NCBI GenBank assembly: GCA_964016885.1
Contig: OZ024746.1
Span: 60,884,001-60,948,000 of the forward strand
Length of the DNA: 64,000 bases
Source of the DNA: Eledone cirrhosa
Lineage: Eukaryota
Reading direction: 5' to 3'
Below the pieces are notes generated by a model. The model worked only from the letters and a program-made list of their open reading frames with translations. It was not told the origin of the DNA and searched no databases. This document shows, piece by piece, positions 61,801 through 64,000 of the stretch. Both the position numbers and the translations under genes were made by a program. How positions within the stretch are numbered: the stretch's first letter is position 1; every line of letters begins with the position of its first letter.

Positions 61801-64000
61801 CTGGTCACTGAAATCTATTTAATAGTATATACTTTATTACAAACATATCATGTTAACTGTAAGGCAGAGTTAACCTGGCCACTGAAGTCTATTTAATAGT
61901 ATATACTTTATTACAAACATATCATGTTAACTGTAAGGCAGAGTTAACCTGGCCACTGAAGTCTATTTAATAGTATATACTTTATTACAAACATCTCATG
62001 TTAACTGTAAGGCAGAGTTAACCTGGTCACTGAAGTCTATTTAATAGTATATACTTTATTACAAACATCTCATGTTAACTGTAAGGCAGAGTTAACCTGG
62101 TCACTGAAGTCTATTTAATAGTATATACTTTATTACAAACATCTCATGTTAACTGTAAGGCAGAATTAACCTGGTCACTGAAGTCTATTTAATAGTATAT
62201 ACTTTATTACAAACATCTCATGTTAACTGTAAGGCAGAATTAACCTGGTCACTGAAGTCTATTTAATAGTATATACTTTATTACAAACATCTCATGTTAA
62301 CTGTAAGGCAGAGTTAACCTGGTCACTGAAGTCTATTTAATAGTATATACTTTATTACAAACATATCATGTTAACTGTAAGGCAGAGTTAACCTGGTCAC
62401 TGAAGTCTATTTAATAGTATATACTTTATTACAAACATCTCATGTTAACTGTAAGGCAGAATTAACCTGGTCACTGAAGTCTATTTAATAGTATATACTT
62501 TATTACAAACATATCATGTTAACTGTAAGGCAGAGTTAACCTGGTCACTGAAGTCTATTTAATAGTATATACTTTATTACAAACATCTCATGTTAACTGT
62601 AAGGCAGAATTAACCTGGTCACTGAAGTCTATTTAATAGTATATACTTTATTACAAACATCTCATGTTAACTGTAAGGCAGAGTTAACCTGGTCACTGAA
62701 GTCTATTTAATAGTATATACTTTATTACAAACATCTCATGTTAACTGTAAGGCAGAGTTAACCTGGTCACTGAAGTCTATTTAATAGTATATACTTTATT
62801 ACAAACATCTCATGTTAACTGTAAGGCAGAGTTAACCTGGCCACTGAAGTCTATTTAATAGTATATACTTTATTACAAACATATCATGTTAACTGTAAGG
62901 CAGAGTTAACCTGGTCACTGAAGACTATTTAATAGTATATACTTTATTACAAACATCTCATGTTAACTGTAAGGCAGAATTAACCTGGTCACTGAAGTCT
63001 ATTTAATAGTATATACTTTATTACAAACATATCATGTTAACTGTAAGGCAGAGTTAACCTGGTCACTGAAGTCTATTTAATAGTATATACTTTATTACAA
63101 ACATCTCATGTTAACTGTAAGGCAGAATTAACCTGGTCACTGAAGTCTATTTAATAGTATATACTTTATTACAAACATCTCATGTTAACTGTAAGGCAGA
63201 GTTAACCTGGTCACTGAAGTCTATTTAATAGTATATACTTTATTACAAACATCTCATGTTAACTGTAAGGCAGAGTTAACCTGGTCACTGAAGTCTATTT
63301 AATAGTATATACTTTATTACAAACATCTCATGTTAACTGTAAGGCAGAGTTAACCTGGCCACTGAAGTCTATTTAATAGTATATACTTTATTACAAACAT
63401 ATCATGTTAACTGTAAGGCAGAGTTAACCTGGTCACTGAAGACTATTTAATAGTATATACTTTATTACAAACATCTCATGTTAACTGTAAGGCAGAATTA
63501 ACCTGGTCACTGAAGTCTATTTAATAGTATATACTTTATTACAAACATATCATGTTAACTGTAAGGCAGAGTTAACCTGGTCACTGAAGTCTATTTAATA
63601 GTATATACTTTATTACAAACATCTCATGTTAACTGTAAGGCAGAATTAACCTGGTCACTGAAGTCTATTTAATAGTATATACTTTATTACAAACATATCA
63701 TGTTAACTGTAAGGCAGAGTTAACCTGGTCACTGAAGTCTATTTAATAGTATATACTTTATTACAAACATCTCATGTTAACTGTAAGGCAGAATTAACCT
63801 GGTCACTGAAGTCTATTTAATAGTATATACTTTATTACAAACATCTCATGTTAACTGTAAGGCAGAGTTAACCTGGTCACTGAAGTCTATTTAATAGTAT
63901 ATACTTTATTACAAACATCTCATGTTAACTGTAAGGCAGAGTTAACCTGGTCACTGAAGTCTATTTAATAGTATATACTTTATTACAAACATCTCATGTT
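58814..64000. repeat. 74-bp satellite, right arm (~70 units, runs off the window end)
   Basis: Same unit, highly homogeneous, with a few recurrent variants (GAGTT/GAATT, GGTC/GGCC, ATCT/ATAT, AAGTC/AAGAC, 3-bp deletion). Confidence 0.98.

Noticed and set aside
51045-64000. CRISPR-like regularly spaced repeats with dyad symmetry
   Set aside because: There are no unique spacers because the whole 74-bp unit repeats. The context is eukaryotic and no cas genes are present. It is a satellite.

Overview
Repeat-dense eukaryotic (animal) genomic DNA. The SINE/MITE families and microsatellite load look like a coleoid cephalopod such as Octopus; this is my inference, not proven. No prokaryotic features, rRNA or CRISPR arrays are visible, and most ORF-track hits are microsatellite artefacts. 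Main contents: (1) a near-intact ~6.0 kb Tx1/L1-clade LINE (34935-40956, minus) flanked on both sides by (AAT)n; (2) a related, decayed Tx1 element (~24148-29112, plus) and two truncated copies, all beside (CTAT)n-like tracts; (3) an R4/Dong-like RLE retrotransposon 3' end and a second 3' stub embedded in (CATA)n; (4) two head-to-tail CRE-like RLE 3' ends with 93/111-bp tandem arrays; (5) a young Gypsy LTR element (53305-58813, minus) inside a 74-bp satellite that runs to the window end; (6) Helitron pieces, MITEs, many tRNA-derived SINEs and minimal hammerhead-like motifs; (7) candidate host-gene exons on the minus strand. The most interesting signals are several non-LTR families that each appear tied to a different microsatellite, a SINE whose 3' end matches the (ATT)-flanked Tx1, and a satellite that appears to have grown out of that SINE.
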